From: Octopus sinensis
Lineage: Eukaryota
Assembly (NCBI RefSeq): GCF_006345805.1
Contig: NC_043008.1
Coordinates: 38,626,001 to 38,690,000 of the forward strand
Reading direction: 5' to 3'
Length of the DNA: 64,000 nt
Part shown: one piece after another, positions 42,131 to 54,279 of the stretch
How positions within the stretch are numbered: position 1 is the stretch's first letter
Layout: every line of letters starts with the position of its first letter
Position numbers and translations under genes: made by a program
Notes under the pieces: generated by a model
The model's database searches: none
Seen by the model: the letters and a program-made list of their open reading frames with translations, nothing else
Told to the model about the DNA's origin: nothing

Positions 42131-43575
42131 ACTGGTAAGTTGATTCAAACAAGATTTGAGTTTGGTACTGCCAGATACCGAGCTAGATACAGCAAACTTT
42201 CTTACCTGGTATTCATTTATGAGCACCATACATATGAAGAAAATATTAATACAAGAAATGGCAAATATGTGTAGAGGAATAAATAAATAAAGAAAGAAAA
42301 AAATGCCAGAAGACAAACTGTATTACTATGGCATTTTCTTAGCGAGTGTCTATGGAAAGGGAAAAAAATCATTCAAGAAATGCAGCTTAATATATTTTGT
42401 TGACTTCTCTGAGAATAAATGTCAATGTTATTAACAATTTCCATGGAAAATGTTCAGAATTTTGGTCCAAAAAGAGAAGGTCATTTAAAAATGTAATTGC
42501 TAAGGTAACTAAATCTGATACAAGATTCATGATGGGAGATTAATCATCATAATTCAAAATGACAAAACAAATATTTTAATGTCAAAAATTTATAATGGTG
42601 CTGCTATTCGAAAACGTACTGCTATATTGTTGTCAGAGAAATGACCAGACCATTATTAACCTAACATCTATTATTTCTGTCTATATTTTATAGAATTTTG
42701 ATCTGCCAATTATCCAAATCATCTTCAGCTATCATATTTTTCCATTTCAACTTATTCTTCACTTTATATTATCACTGATGGACGTTAGGAAGGGCATCCA
42801 GCCGTAGAAACACTACCAGATCAGACTGGGCCTGATGCAGCCTTCTGGCTTCACAGACCCCAGTTGAACCATCCAACCCATGCTAGCATGGAAAGCGGAC
42901 GCTAAATGGTGATGATGATGATGATGATGGACCTGTGATCCATAGACTGGAAGAGTACACAAATATAACACAGGGGTTCTGCAAGCTAAGTTCAACACTC
43001 TCAAAATGCTTTGCTGTTCTTCTTCCAGTGGCCACAACTGGAATCTCTACGTGCTTAAGACATTTTCTTTGCAATCACAGAGTTTTGAGTTCAATCCCTC
43101 TCTACAGCATCATGGGTAAGCATCTTCTAATATGGCCCTGAATTGACCAATGCCTTCTGAGTGAATTTAGTACACAGAAACTGGAAGTCCATGATGTGTG
43201 TGTATTTACATATATATATGTAAAAAGCAGGATTCGAGCATGGCCAATGCCAGTGCCACCTGATTGGCTTTGATGCCAGTGGCAAGTAAAAAGCACCCAC
43301 TACACTCTCGGAGTGGTTGGTGTTAGGAAGGGCATCCACCTGTAGAAACCTTGCCAAATCAGATTGGAGCTTGGTGCAGCCTCTCTGCTTGCCAGAACTC
43401 AGTCAACCGATACCAGCATGAAAAGCAGGCATTAAACAATGACGACGACGATGATAATGATGATGATACACACACACACACTCAAACACACACACACACA
43501 CACACATTAGCACATAAATGCGAAAACAATGTAGTAAAACTTGTAATCAAATACTGAAGGTAGAGTAATATGCTT

Positions 43576-43673
43576 TTATTAAAGCTGAAAAATTATCACA
43601 AGACTGTTACTCAGAGTTTCATATTCCCATTCATCAGACCGTAATAGTTGTGATAATTTTACAGCTTTAATAA
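43576..43673 (-). ncRNA. Minimal type I hammerhead ribozyme motif within a 26-bp inverted repeat
   Basis: Minus strand: arm-CTATT-ACGGT-CTGATGA-ATG(GGAA)TAT-GAAA-CT(CTG)AG-TA-ACAGT-C-arm. All conserved core nucleotides are present, the cleavage triplet is GUA, and the arms match 25/26. Confidence 0.75.
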
Positions 43674-43697
43674 TAGTATATATGCATATATATGTAA

Positions 43698-43729
<32 letters not shown>

Positions 43730-43731
<2 letters not shown>

Positions 43732-44135
43732 TTTTACTCTTTTACTTATTTCAATCATTTGACTGCAGCCATGCTGGTGCACCGCCTTTAGTCGAGCAAA
43801 TCGACCCTGGGACTTATTCTTTGTAAGCCCAGTACTTATTCTATCGGTCTCTTTTGCCGAACCGCTAAGTGACGGGGACGTAAACACACCAGCATCGTTT
43901 GTCAAGCAATGCTAGAGGGACAAACACAGACACACAAATAAATACACACACATACATATATATACATATATACAACAGGCTTCTTTCAGTTTCCATCTAC
44001 CAAATCCACTCATAAGGCTTTGGTCGGCCCGAGGCTATAGCAGAAGACACTTACCCAAGATGTCACGCAGTGGGACTGAACTCGGAACCATGTGGTTGGT
44101 TAGCAAGCTACTTACCACACAGCCACTACTGCGCC
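43730..44135 (-). mobile_element. Family B SINE (CORE-like), full length, young
   Basis: Minus-strand head GTGGCTGTGTGGTAAGTAGCTTGC..GGTTCCGAGTTCAGTCCCAC, CORE-like CATCTTGGGTAAGTGTCTT, internal CA/TA tract, tail ..GAAATAAGTAAAAGAG. Paralogs at 46780-47100, 52190-52580, 59575-60012, 62562-62975. Confidence 0.9.
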
Positions 44136-44338
44136 TATATATATATATTATATTGTCTCTAGATCCAGCCTCAGCTGTAAGCTTGGAACCTAATGGACGA
44201 CCAACTATAGCACTATAACAGCATACCTATTCATCTAGATCACCAGTATACTAAACCCCTCATATTCTTTATATATATTATATATACACATATGTACATT
44301 TGTGAGTATTCATGTTTGTATACAGACACACACACATG

Positions 44339-44399
<61 letters not shown>

Positions 44400-44407
<8 letters not shown>

Positions 44408-44618
44408 GTTGTATACTGTCAATCTAACACGAACGTGACAGTAGGGGGATGCACCACCGCTGTATAGCCCTAGGAAGCATCAATGCCTCCTGATGGCTTT
44501 GACACATATAAGGACACAGGAAAAATGTGTCAAAGCCATCAGGAGGCGTCGATGCTTCCTAGGGCTATACAGCGGTGGTGCACGTTCGTGTTAGATTGAC
44601 AGTATACAACCATTCTAT
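44400..44618. mobile_element. Near-perfect fold-back element with 17-nt loop, next to a (TA)n tract
   Basis: Arms 44400-44507 and 44525-44618 are reverse complements except for two CpG-type transitions and a 14-nt block ACAGTAGGGGGATG present only in the left arm. Confidence 0.9.
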
Positions 44619-44668
44619 CGCCCCCACCACCGTACATGTCTCTATGAGAGATTTAGAAATCTAGTATT

Positions 44669-44704
<36 letters not shown>

Positions 44705-44917
44705 GTATGTACATATATGTAAATGTGTATGTATATGTATATATATATATGTATGTGTGTATATATATAAATTATAAATAACTCCGGAAAACAATTTTCC
44801 AAATCAATCGGTTGTAACCCTACATCATTATACGCATCTACATATCATACCTTGGGGTCTTATTTATCGTATATTTATATATTTATCTATAAATATACAA
44901 AATATCTGATAAAAGTC

Positions 44918-45175
44918 AATATTCAAATTTTGGGGAATTAATCGATATGCAGGTATTCTATTTCAGATAATACAAAATTATTAACTAAAGTATGATATAA
45001 TTAATGAAGTACATTATATTCCTAGCTGGAAATTTTGGTTATATCCTTTAAGTATTATTTCATGATGTGCAAACTGATACCATGAGTTTACTGTAAGATA
45101 TACTCATTAGGTTATTATTGTAGTATCTGAAATAGAATACCCGCATATTGATTGATCCCCCAAAATTTGAGTATT
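44918..45175. mobile_element. MITE with ~58-bp TIRs
   Basis: AATATTCAAATTTTGGGGAATTAATCGATATGCAGGTATTCTATTTCAGATAATACAA versus reverse complement of TTGTAGTATCTGAAATAGAATACCCGCATATTGATTGATCCCCCAAAATTTGAGTATT. Confidence 0.8.
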
Positions 45176-45290
<115 letters not shown>

Positions 45291-45445
45291 TATATACATA
45301 TATATATGCATACATATATATACATATATATGCAATTGAAAAATAGGATAAAATCTTTATAAGAATTTATCAAGTAGTTAGCGTGAAAAACCTCATAAGG
45401 GAAAATTTTTTTAATTATTCCTTTGAATATATTCATTTATATTAA

Positions 45446-45630
45446 GGGCATTACTATACATAAATGCCTCACGGTAGGTGGGACTCTTAAAGTCAAGACT
45501 ACCATGATAAACACATTGTATCAAACGCGAGGGAATGCGTTCCCTCACATTCAGTACAATGCATTTATTATGGTAGTTTTGACTTTAAGAGTCCCGTCTA
45601 GCATTGAAGCATTTATGTATAGTAATTCCC
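45446..45630. mobile_element. Kolobok-like fold-back MITE (TTAA TSD, GG...CC termini)
   Basis: TTAA at 45442-45445 and 45631-45634, TIR GGG(C/A)ATTACTATACATAAATGC 21/22, further internal inverted segments. RR..YY termini with TTAA fit Kolobok rather than piggyBac (CCC..GGG). Confidence 0.7.
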
Positions 45631-45633
45631 TTA

Positions 45634-45686
<53 letters not shown>

Positions 45687-46048
45687 ATACACATATAGTA
45701 TGTGTATGTGTTTATCTTTGTCCTAGTGCTTGTCCTCACCACTGGTTCATGGAGGTGGTGGTAATAATGATGATGACAATGATGCTGATGCCACTTCTGC
45801 TAACGCCAACATCAACAATGGTGCTTTCATATCAAACACCAATTTTTGTGCTCTTATCTGCAATGCTCTAAAATCTACTTTATTTATTTTACCTGTCTGT
45901 CATTTTACTTTCACTTTCGTTTAACAAATAAATAACTAGCAACTACAAGGGCATTAAACCAAACATTTTTTTTCTCCTTTTATAAATTGATGATTCTGGC
46001 AAACATTGCTAAATAAAACAGATTGTTAAAATATTATTCTGTTTGCAG

Positions 46049-46104
46049 ATCACAAACTGGAAACCATTGATACTGAGAGTCACTGAATGTAAATTTGACC
46101 TCAG
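46049..46104 (+). CDS. Candidate 56-nt internal exon (ITNWKPLILRVTECKFDL in its only open frame)
   Basis: TATTCTGTTTGCAG| ... CAG|GTAAAA; one frame open (phase 0 to 2). Confidence 0.3.
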
Positions 46105-46372
46105 GTAAAAGATATATTTAAATAGGGAAAATAGATACCAGACAGCTCTTGTACAGAATTCAAGAACGCTTTGACATTATTTCTGGCAGATGGAACTTAA
46201 AAGTTTGATGCTCTACTGATTAAGCAAAATTTCAGGTCATGTCCTTAAAGTAGAGAAGATTATTTCTAGCAGATGGTAAGCAAAAACCATAGAAGAATAC
46301 TTTTATCAAGGTCCAAGAATTCTCATACAAGAATTCAATCTCAGCTTCATTTGTTAATGAAACACTCATTAA

Positions 46373-46580
46373 CCCTTTTATGAAGAAACGCTGCTTTAGT
46401 TTCAATTAATTTTGAAAATAATGAAGAACTTAGTAGACTGACTTTACCATTATGAAGCTGGTGTTTTGAACGTAAATTAATATAAAATTTTGATGGAAAA
46501 TTTTAATTTAGATTATTTTATAATAAAAAGTTTTTATCATAGAATTTGAGGTCATTTCAGGTGGGATGCTATCAAAAGGG
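46373..46580. mobile_element. Older piggyBac-like MITE related to 6562/22422
   Basis: TTAA-CCCTTTT ... AAAAGGG-TTCA; internal TTTCAATTAATTTTGAAAATAATGAAGAACTTAGTA similar to the other copies. Confidence 0.65.
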
Positions 46581-48023
46581 TTCACATGTAAATGGTTCAA
46601 TAAAAATGGTACTTTTTCAGGGTTTTTAGTCACTAGATAAATTCTTTAGGTGTATGAGATTTTGAAATTCTCTTGAAATTAATAAGGCTAATTAAAAATT
46701 ATTGGCCTGGAAACATAAATCTGCATTTAAGAAATTTCTCTTTTCTTTTTCTCTATTGCTAAACAATTAACTATCTTTTCAGTGTCATGGTTCTAGGTTC
46801 AGTTCTACTGCATAAAACTTTGGGCATATGTTTTCCTATATAGCCCCAGGCTGACCAAAACACCTTGAGAGTGGATTTGGTAGACTGAAACTGAAAGAAT
46901 CCCATTGTGTGTGTGTGTGTCTTTGTATCCGTGTTTATCTCCTCCCACCATTTGACAACCAGTGTTGGTTTGCTTACATCCCCAGAACTTGGTGGCCCAG
47001 CAAATGAGATCAATTGAATAAAATGAGATCAATTGAATAAGTACCAGGTTTTAAAAAAGTAAGCTCTAGTATCGATTCATTTGACTAAAATTCTTCGAGG
47101 CAATGCCCCAGCATTGCAACAAGTTAAAGAGAACAAGCCTTTTAAATTATTTTCTTTCTGTAAGAAAGGTCTAATGTTGTAAAAATGTTGAATTTAGCTT
47201 AGTTTATTTGTCTCAAGTTATATCATGCTGGCAGTTCCAAAGAAAGATGAACTAATGCTTTACAAGGGTTCCAATGATGAGACGCTTTAAGAACTCCATA
47301 ATATGCACTAAAAATATATCAAATATGTATGCCCTTTCCATCTTTATTCTATGATGTAAATTCCACACTTTCGAATCTAAATCAACTTAATCTAGCAGAG
47401 ATTATCTCCACTGTAATAGTTAATCACCAGATGCACACCACATGTTTAATTAAGAAAACTCTTTGAAAACATATATAAAATCCACACTTTGCGATTCACA
47501 GAATGTCAAACTTATGATAAAAAAGAAAAAATGTTTTTTTTCCTCTACAGCTCATCTCTATGGAAATGTGCATTGATAAAGCATATCACACACACTGTGG
47601 CTTATAACAGTCGCAAGAATGACGCCAAATCATTAAAGAGTTAATTAAACATTGCCCCCAAAGCTTACTGCAGGCTATCCTACAGATGATATCTGTTAAC
47701 ATCTAAATGCACTTAACCAATTAGTATGGATTCGATTCATCCTTCACAAAGAACCCTGTATGAAATGTTGATCTTCTTTGTTGCAAAATATATCAATATA
47801 TTCTTCTGTTGTTTATATCTCTATCTCTGCAAACCGATTCATTTTGATAGAAACCATTTCTAATATACTGACATCCAATATCTTTTAATAATTTATGTAT
47901 AGGGAGGATTCTCTTTGCAGTTGCATAACAGGCTAGAAATAGACGCTAAATCTCTCAATCTCTACAGTATTAAGAATGTATGGACAGTTTAGTCCTACAT
48001 TTGATAGACAAAAGCTGAAAGAA

Positions 48024-48515
48024 GGTGGTGAGCTGGCAGAAGCGTTAGCACACCGGGTGAAATGCTTAGCAGTATTTTGTTTGTCATTATGTACTGAGTT
48101 CAAATTCCACCGAGGCCAACTATGCCTTTCATCCTTTCGGGGTCGATAAATTAAGTACCAGTTACGCACTGGAGTCGATGTAATCGACTTAATCTCTTTG
48201 TCTGTCCTTGTTTGTCCCCTCTATGTTTAGCCCCTTGTGGGCAATAAAGAAATAAGAAACTGAAAGAAGCCCATTGTGTGTGTGGGTGCGTGTGTATGTA
48301 TGTGTGTGTGTGTGGCTGGGTGTGTCTTTACATTCGTGTTTGTCACCCCACCACTGCTTGATAACTAGTGTTGACTTGTTTACATTCCTACAACTTAGCA
48401 CTGGCAAAAAGAGACTAATGGAACAAGTACTTGAGCTGATTTGTTTGACAAAATCCTTCAAGGTGGTGCTCCAGCATGACCACAATCCAAAGACTGAAAC
48501 AAGCAAAAGATAAAA
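48024..48515 (+). mobile_element. Family A SINE directly joined to the 3' half of a family B SINE
   Basis: A tail AATAAAGAAATAA runs into GAAACTGAAAGAAGCCC of family B at ~48257. Confidence 0.8.
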
Positions 48516-48829
48516 GATGTAGCTACAAGCAAAAAGAAGACACCCTCTTGACCTTAATTGTTCTTAACTAAAAAACACAGAACATCAATGATGTAACGGA
48601 TGGAGGATGGCAGTAGAAAGGTTATGCCATGGTACTCATATTCAGCTGCATATTAGAACAATGTGAAATAAAATGCCCTACTTAAGAACACAATGCTTTG
48701 CCCTGTCCAGTTATTGAACCCATGACATAATAACCATGAACTAAATGCACTAACCACTTGTCTACACATCTTCAGAACAACTCAAAGTAGCAAGCTACCA
48801 AGCTATCATAAAAATAATAAATGCACCCT

Positions 48830-49310
48830 TTTAAAACCTAGCCAGGCTCATGGGCCCAGTTTCCCGGTTTCTATGGTGGATGAGACGCCAGTCCGTCGCA
48901 GCGTTACTCATTTTTGCCAGCTGAGTGGACTGGAGCAACATGAAATGAAGTGTTTTGCTCAAGAACACAACGCGTTGCCCGGTCTAGGAATCGAAACCAC
49001 AATCTTATGATCATGATGCTGAAACCCCAACCACTAAGCCATGCACCTCCACAAATAAATGTGCCCTTTTAAAGCCTAGCCAGGCTCATGGGCCTAGTTT
49101 CCCAGTTTCAGTGGCGTACGTGTTCCCCAGCTGGACGGGATGCCAGTCCATCGCAGCGTTACTCATTTTTGCCAGCTGAGTGGACTGGAGCAACGTGAAA
49201 TGAAGTGTTTTGCTCAAGAACACAACACGTCGCCCGGTCCAGGAATTGAAACCACAATCTTACGATCATGAAGCTGACACCCTAACCACTAAGCCAGGCA
49301 CCACCCACAT
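48830..49310 (-). mobile_element. Two tandem family C-related SINEs
   Basis: Units begin TTTAAA(A/G)CCTAGCCAGGCTCATGGGCC at ~48830 and ~49068; tRNA heads on the minus strand. Confidence 0.85.
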
Positions 49311-49742
49311 CAAGCTATCATACCCAGCACTTAATCAGTTTTATAAATATGTTCTTTAGCTAAAATTCATTGCTTTTTTTTCTATTTTCTTCCCCTCATA
49401 GTATTTACAAATTTACTTATTGCAAAACTATCTCCAAAATTTATTTACACAAGTCTCTTTACTGTCTAGCTCTCATTGTTTCTCTTCTGACATTTTCTCT
49501 TTTTTTTCTTACTTTCTTTTTCTTTTTTTGGTTGTTGTTGTTTTTTTCTTTTTTTGTCTATAAAGAGTTACTATGAATAAAAGCTTGCCGACTAAGTTGT
49601 GTAGCAAAAATATATCCACCAATAATAATACTGACCAGCACCGACCACCACCCGCGATGACCACCACCACAATCGTTGTTATTGACAGCACAAACTAAAA
49701 ATACCAACATTATTACTTCTAGTATCATTACAAATTTAAACA

Positions 49743-49779
49743 AAACCACCACCACCACCAAACCACCACCACCACCACC

Positions 49780-49833
<54 letters not shown>

Positions 49834-50175
49834 TCATCATCATCATCATCATCACACCGCTGCCCTCAACGTCACCTTCGCTGCCGTCATCCGTATCAAA
49901 ATACAGGCCATCATTTCCAAACAAGCGCCAAACTCCAGTACCAGCACCGCTACCATCCCCTCTACTCTGAGTGACACTACCACCGACACTACCACCACCA
50001 TCATCACCATCTCCTCCTCCTTCACCACCACCACCACCACCACCACCACCACTACCGCCATCAACTCTATTACTGCTATAAGTACAGAGGTTACTGACAT
50101 CAGCATTACCATTGAGCCAAGCCCTCCCCCCACCACCACAACCATCATCATCATCATCATCATCATCATTATCAC
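49743..50175. repeat. (CAC)n/(CAT)n compound microsatellite
   Basis: Direct reading. Confidence 0.95.
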
Positions 50176-50959
50176 CAACATGACAAAAATTACTAATATA
50201 AATTTTTGTAGATAATTTAGTTTTATTTTGCTTCTTGTGTGGGTTTTTTTCTTCTGTTTATTGTTTTCATTTCCTGGTTTTAGATTTTGGTGAATTGTTG
50301 AATGCATTTTGCTTAGTGTAGCTGTCTTCCCTATGACACAATTATCTTCTTAAACCATCTAATGGAATACAGTCACCCAAATAATTTAGAATTAAATTTG
50401 CTGGTATTAAATAAGGAATGAAAATCAATAAAACGATGGAATGTGGTCTGGAAAATAAAATAAAATAAAATAGAATAAATTAAAACAAGAAAAAGAAAGA
50501 AAATGGAAAGAAGTGGGGGGAGCAGGTAAGGGGTGAGGATTGGGTTGAGAAGAAGCAACGACAAAAAGGAAGAAAAAATTGAAAGAAAATGTTGAGAAAA
50601 TATGAAGGAGAGAAAGCAAGTAATTGAAGATGAAGAAGGAAAGGAAAAAGAAAAGGAGAGAGAGAGAGAGGATGAGGAAGAGATGGAGAGGAAGAAGGAG
50701 GAGAGAATGAAAGAAGAGAAGAAAGAAAAGAAGCCAAAGAGAAGAATGAAGGGGTAAAAATAGAAATGTAGAATGAGGTGAAGATGATGAGGATGTCAGT
50801 AAGTAGAGAGAGAGACTCTTGACTGAGAGACAGAAGAGGAAGGTGAGGGGATGGAAAAAAGGGGGTGGGTGACAATTAAATGACACCTATTTTTTTTTTG
50901 TTGTTTTTCCTTCAATAACAAGATCAGGGCAATGGTAAGAGGAGATGAAGATGGTGGGA

Positions 50960-51545
50960 GGAGTACTGGTGGTGGCGGCAGCAGCAGCGGTGGTTTTGGT
51001 GGTGGTGGTGGTGGTGGTGGTGGTGGTGGTGGTGGTGGTGGTGGTGGTGGTGGTGGTGGTGGTGGTGGTGTGATGGTGGTGGTGTGGTGATGGTGGTGAT
51101 AGTGGTGGTGATGGTGGTGGTGGTGGTGGTGGTGGTGATGGTGGTGGTGGTGGTGGTGGTGATAGTGGTGGTGATGGTGGTGGTGGTGGTGGTGGTGGTG
51201 GTTGTGGTGGTGATGGTGGTGGTGGTGGTGGTGGTGGTGATAGTGGTGGTGATGGTGGTGGTGGTGGTGGTGGTGGTTGTGGTGGTGGTGGTGGTGGTGG
51301 TGATGGTGGTGGTGGTGGTGGTGGTGATAGTGGTGGTGATGGTGGTGATGGTGGTGGTGGTGGTGGTGGTGGTTGTGGTGGTGATGGTGGTGGTGGTGGT
51401 GGTGATAGTGGTGGTGGTGGTGGTGGTGGTTGTGGTGGTGGTGGTGGTGGTGGTGGTGGTGGTGATGGTGGTGGTGGTGGTGGTGATGATGGTTTTGGTG
51501 ATGGTGGTGGTGGTGGTGGTGGTGGTGATGGTTGCTGTTGTTGTC
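50960..51545. repeat. (GGT)n array with recurring variant blocks GATAGT, GAT and TGT
   Basis: Direct reading; GGTGATAGTGGTGGTGATGGT recurs several times. Confidence 0.95.
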
Positions 51546-52370
51546 TCAGTTCTTGTTCATGGTGGTGCAGGAGAAAGATTTCCTGATCATCTGTAGATAA
51601 CACTGAATTTAATTCTCTTGCTTAAACAATATATCATTTTCGAGATAAATACATAAATTAAAAACAATTCTTAAAAAATATAAAACAAATTGTAAAAGAT
51701 GAAAATTAAAAAAAAAAAATAATAATTAAACAGAAGCAAAAGCTTATTTTTTGGTTTGTGTCATAACTGTTGTTGTTGTTGCTGTTGTTAGTGTTGTTGT
51801 TGTTGTTCCTTAGTACTGCTTTCTCAGCACACAGTACCAAACAGAGCTGTATAACATATTCAAAATGTCAACACCAGATGTCAAACTTCATTATTTTTTT
51901 GACGGAGCAGTCAATTTTTTTATTAACCATATAAGGTTAATGTCAAACTTTATTGTAGAGAAGAACTATCAGTTTACGCTTTTCTTGATTTGAAATTAGG
52001 TTTTTTAGTTCAAATCCAAGGCAGGTGTTTCTAGGATCTTTTATCTTTCCTTCTCTGTTTTTTTACCATTTTTAGTCAGTAAATTGTGGCCATGCTGGGA
52101 CATCCCTTTAAAGAATTTGATGGAAAAAAAATTACCACTTCACCCACTCAGTTATTCTCTGTTTTTAAAGCCTGGTGCTTAACTCTGACAGTCTCTTTTG
52201 CCATGCTGGAGCACCGCCTTTAGTCGTAGAAATCGAACCTAGGACTTATTCTTTGTAAGCCTAGTACTTATTCTATCAGTTTCTTTTGCTGGACCGCTAA
52301 GTTATGGGGACATAAACACACCAACATTACTTGTCAGGCGATGGTGGGGGGGACAAACACAAACACACAA

Positions 52371-52406
<36 letters not shown>

Positions 52407-53435
52407 ATACACACACCCACATATATATATGACAGGCTTCCTTCAATTTCCGTCTACCTAATACACTCACAAGGCTCTTGTTGGCCCAAGGCTATAGTAG
52501 ATGACATTTGCCCAAAGTGCTGCACAGTGGGACTGAACCCGGAACCATGTGGTTGGTAAGCAAGCTACTTACCACACAGTCGCTCACACACACACACACA
52601 CACATATCAATATTTAGGATTGAAAGGAATCAGATACTTAAATAATAGGAACCTGGTAGGGTCAAAATTAAACTTGTAGATAACACCTTTAGTCGAATGT
52701 GTACCAAAATACATCCAGTGAAATATTTAGGCTATATATATGTATACACATGCCTGACTGGCACCTGTACTGGTGGCATGTAAAAAGCGCCATTCAAACT
52801 TGATCGATGCCAGCACCGGTGACATGTAAAAGGCATCATTCAAGTGTTGTCAATGTCAGTTCCGCCAGACTGGCTTCCAGCCTGGTGGCACATAAAAAGC
52901 ACCATTCAAGCATGGTTGATGCCAGTGCTGCCTAAGTGGCTCCCATGTCGGTTGTGTCTGAAAAGCACCCACTACACTCTCGGAGTTGTTGGTGTTAGGA
53001 AGGGCATCCAGCTGTAGAAACCTTGCCAGATCAGGTTGGAGCCTGGTGCAGCCTCCTGGCTTGCCAGCCCTCACTCAAACCAGACAATCCATGCCAGCAT
53101 GGAAAGCAGATGTTAAACAATGATGATGACCACACACACACACATACATATGCATATATGTGTATATATATGTATGTATGTATGTACATATGTATGCATG
53201 TTTTTTTTTATCTGTGTCTGCCTCCCACCACTGCTTGATAACCGGTGTTGGTGTGTTTATGTCCCTATAATTTATCAGTTCTATAATTTAAGTTGTTAAA
53301 CCTGACATTATTTAGTTTCTCTATGTTAGGTTTCACCACACCTACAAAAGATATGACCACCAAAGCCTCAACTAATAACCCCTACCACGCCACCTATGTC
53401 TTGAAAATTCCTTCATTTTCTGACACTTTCTTCAG

Positions 53436-53476
53436 GTCTAGAGGAGAGCCAGAAATCAGTCTTGCAAATTAGCAAT
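53436..53476 (+). CDS. Candidate exon (xLEESQKSVLQISN, phase 1 to 0)
   Basis: Strong acceptor TTCCTTCATTTTCTGACACTTTCTTCAG|, weaker donor AAT|GTATTC; phase-compatible with 57526-57588. Confidence 0.25.
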
Positions 53477-53928
53477 GTATTCGTTAATTACAAAGTGTTT
53501 CAACTAATTACTATGGTAACTTATATGTACTCAAGATCATAGTACTTCTATTCCGCTATGTAATCAAAACCAGAGAAAACTGAGTGTGTCAGTCATGAAT
53601 ACTTGACTGAAGCAAGAAGGATACACCCCATTAACCCTTCGGATGACAATTTAACATCCTATCACTGTGTATCAGTATTTCTTCTTACGCTAGGAGAACC
53701 CAAGCAACATCAAGCAATTTAATCATAAATGTGACTAGACTTCAGAAGTTTATGTGCAAGATACAAGCAGTAAATTATGTTATTTTCACAAGCTAAATAC
53801 AAAGATGCAAAGAAGTAGTAGGAAACGTTTTTCTAATAAAACACGATGCTATCATTAACAAGCTACATCTGGAAGTAAATAAACTAGTTTCTAAGACCTG
53901 AAATAATGTTAGTGTGGTTGGGGTTAGT

Positions 53929-54279
53929 CATTTGACTATAATCTATATCGTTTAATTTTTATTTGTATGTCTTAGTATATATAGTGGCCAGAAACAGGGT
54001 ACTAATTATAGGAATATTTCCCCTGAGACTGACTGCTGCCCTATCTAGCTGGATTGATTTGAAATCATTTTGGCTGAGGTAACTGAATCTAAATCTCAGT
54101 ATAAACATTTGACTATAATCTATACCATTTCTTTATTTGTATGTCTTAGTATATATAGTGGCCAGAAACAGGGTACCAATTATAGGAATATTTCCCCTGA
54201 GACTGACTGCTGTCCTATCTAGCTGGATTGATTAGAAATCATTTTGGCTGGGGTAACTGAATCTAAATCTCAGTATTAA
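53929..54279 (+). repeat. 177-bp tandem duplication (2 copies)
   Basis: CATTTGACTATAATCTAT at 53929 and 54106. Confidence 0.95.

Noticed and set aside
42195-42210. Minus-strand CAG|GTAAGA, and CTAG|GTAAGT at ~55580, as further recursive sites
   Set aside because: No adjacent polypyrimidine tract; at most isolated donor motifs.
47535-47645. Strong plus-strand acceptor TTTTTTCCTCTACAG
   Set aside because: Only a weak donor follows and the open frame is unremarkable; unsupported.
50887-51603. 238-aa proline-rich extensin-like ORF
   Set aside because: It is the translation of the (GGT)n array, with no splice context or non-repetitive domain.
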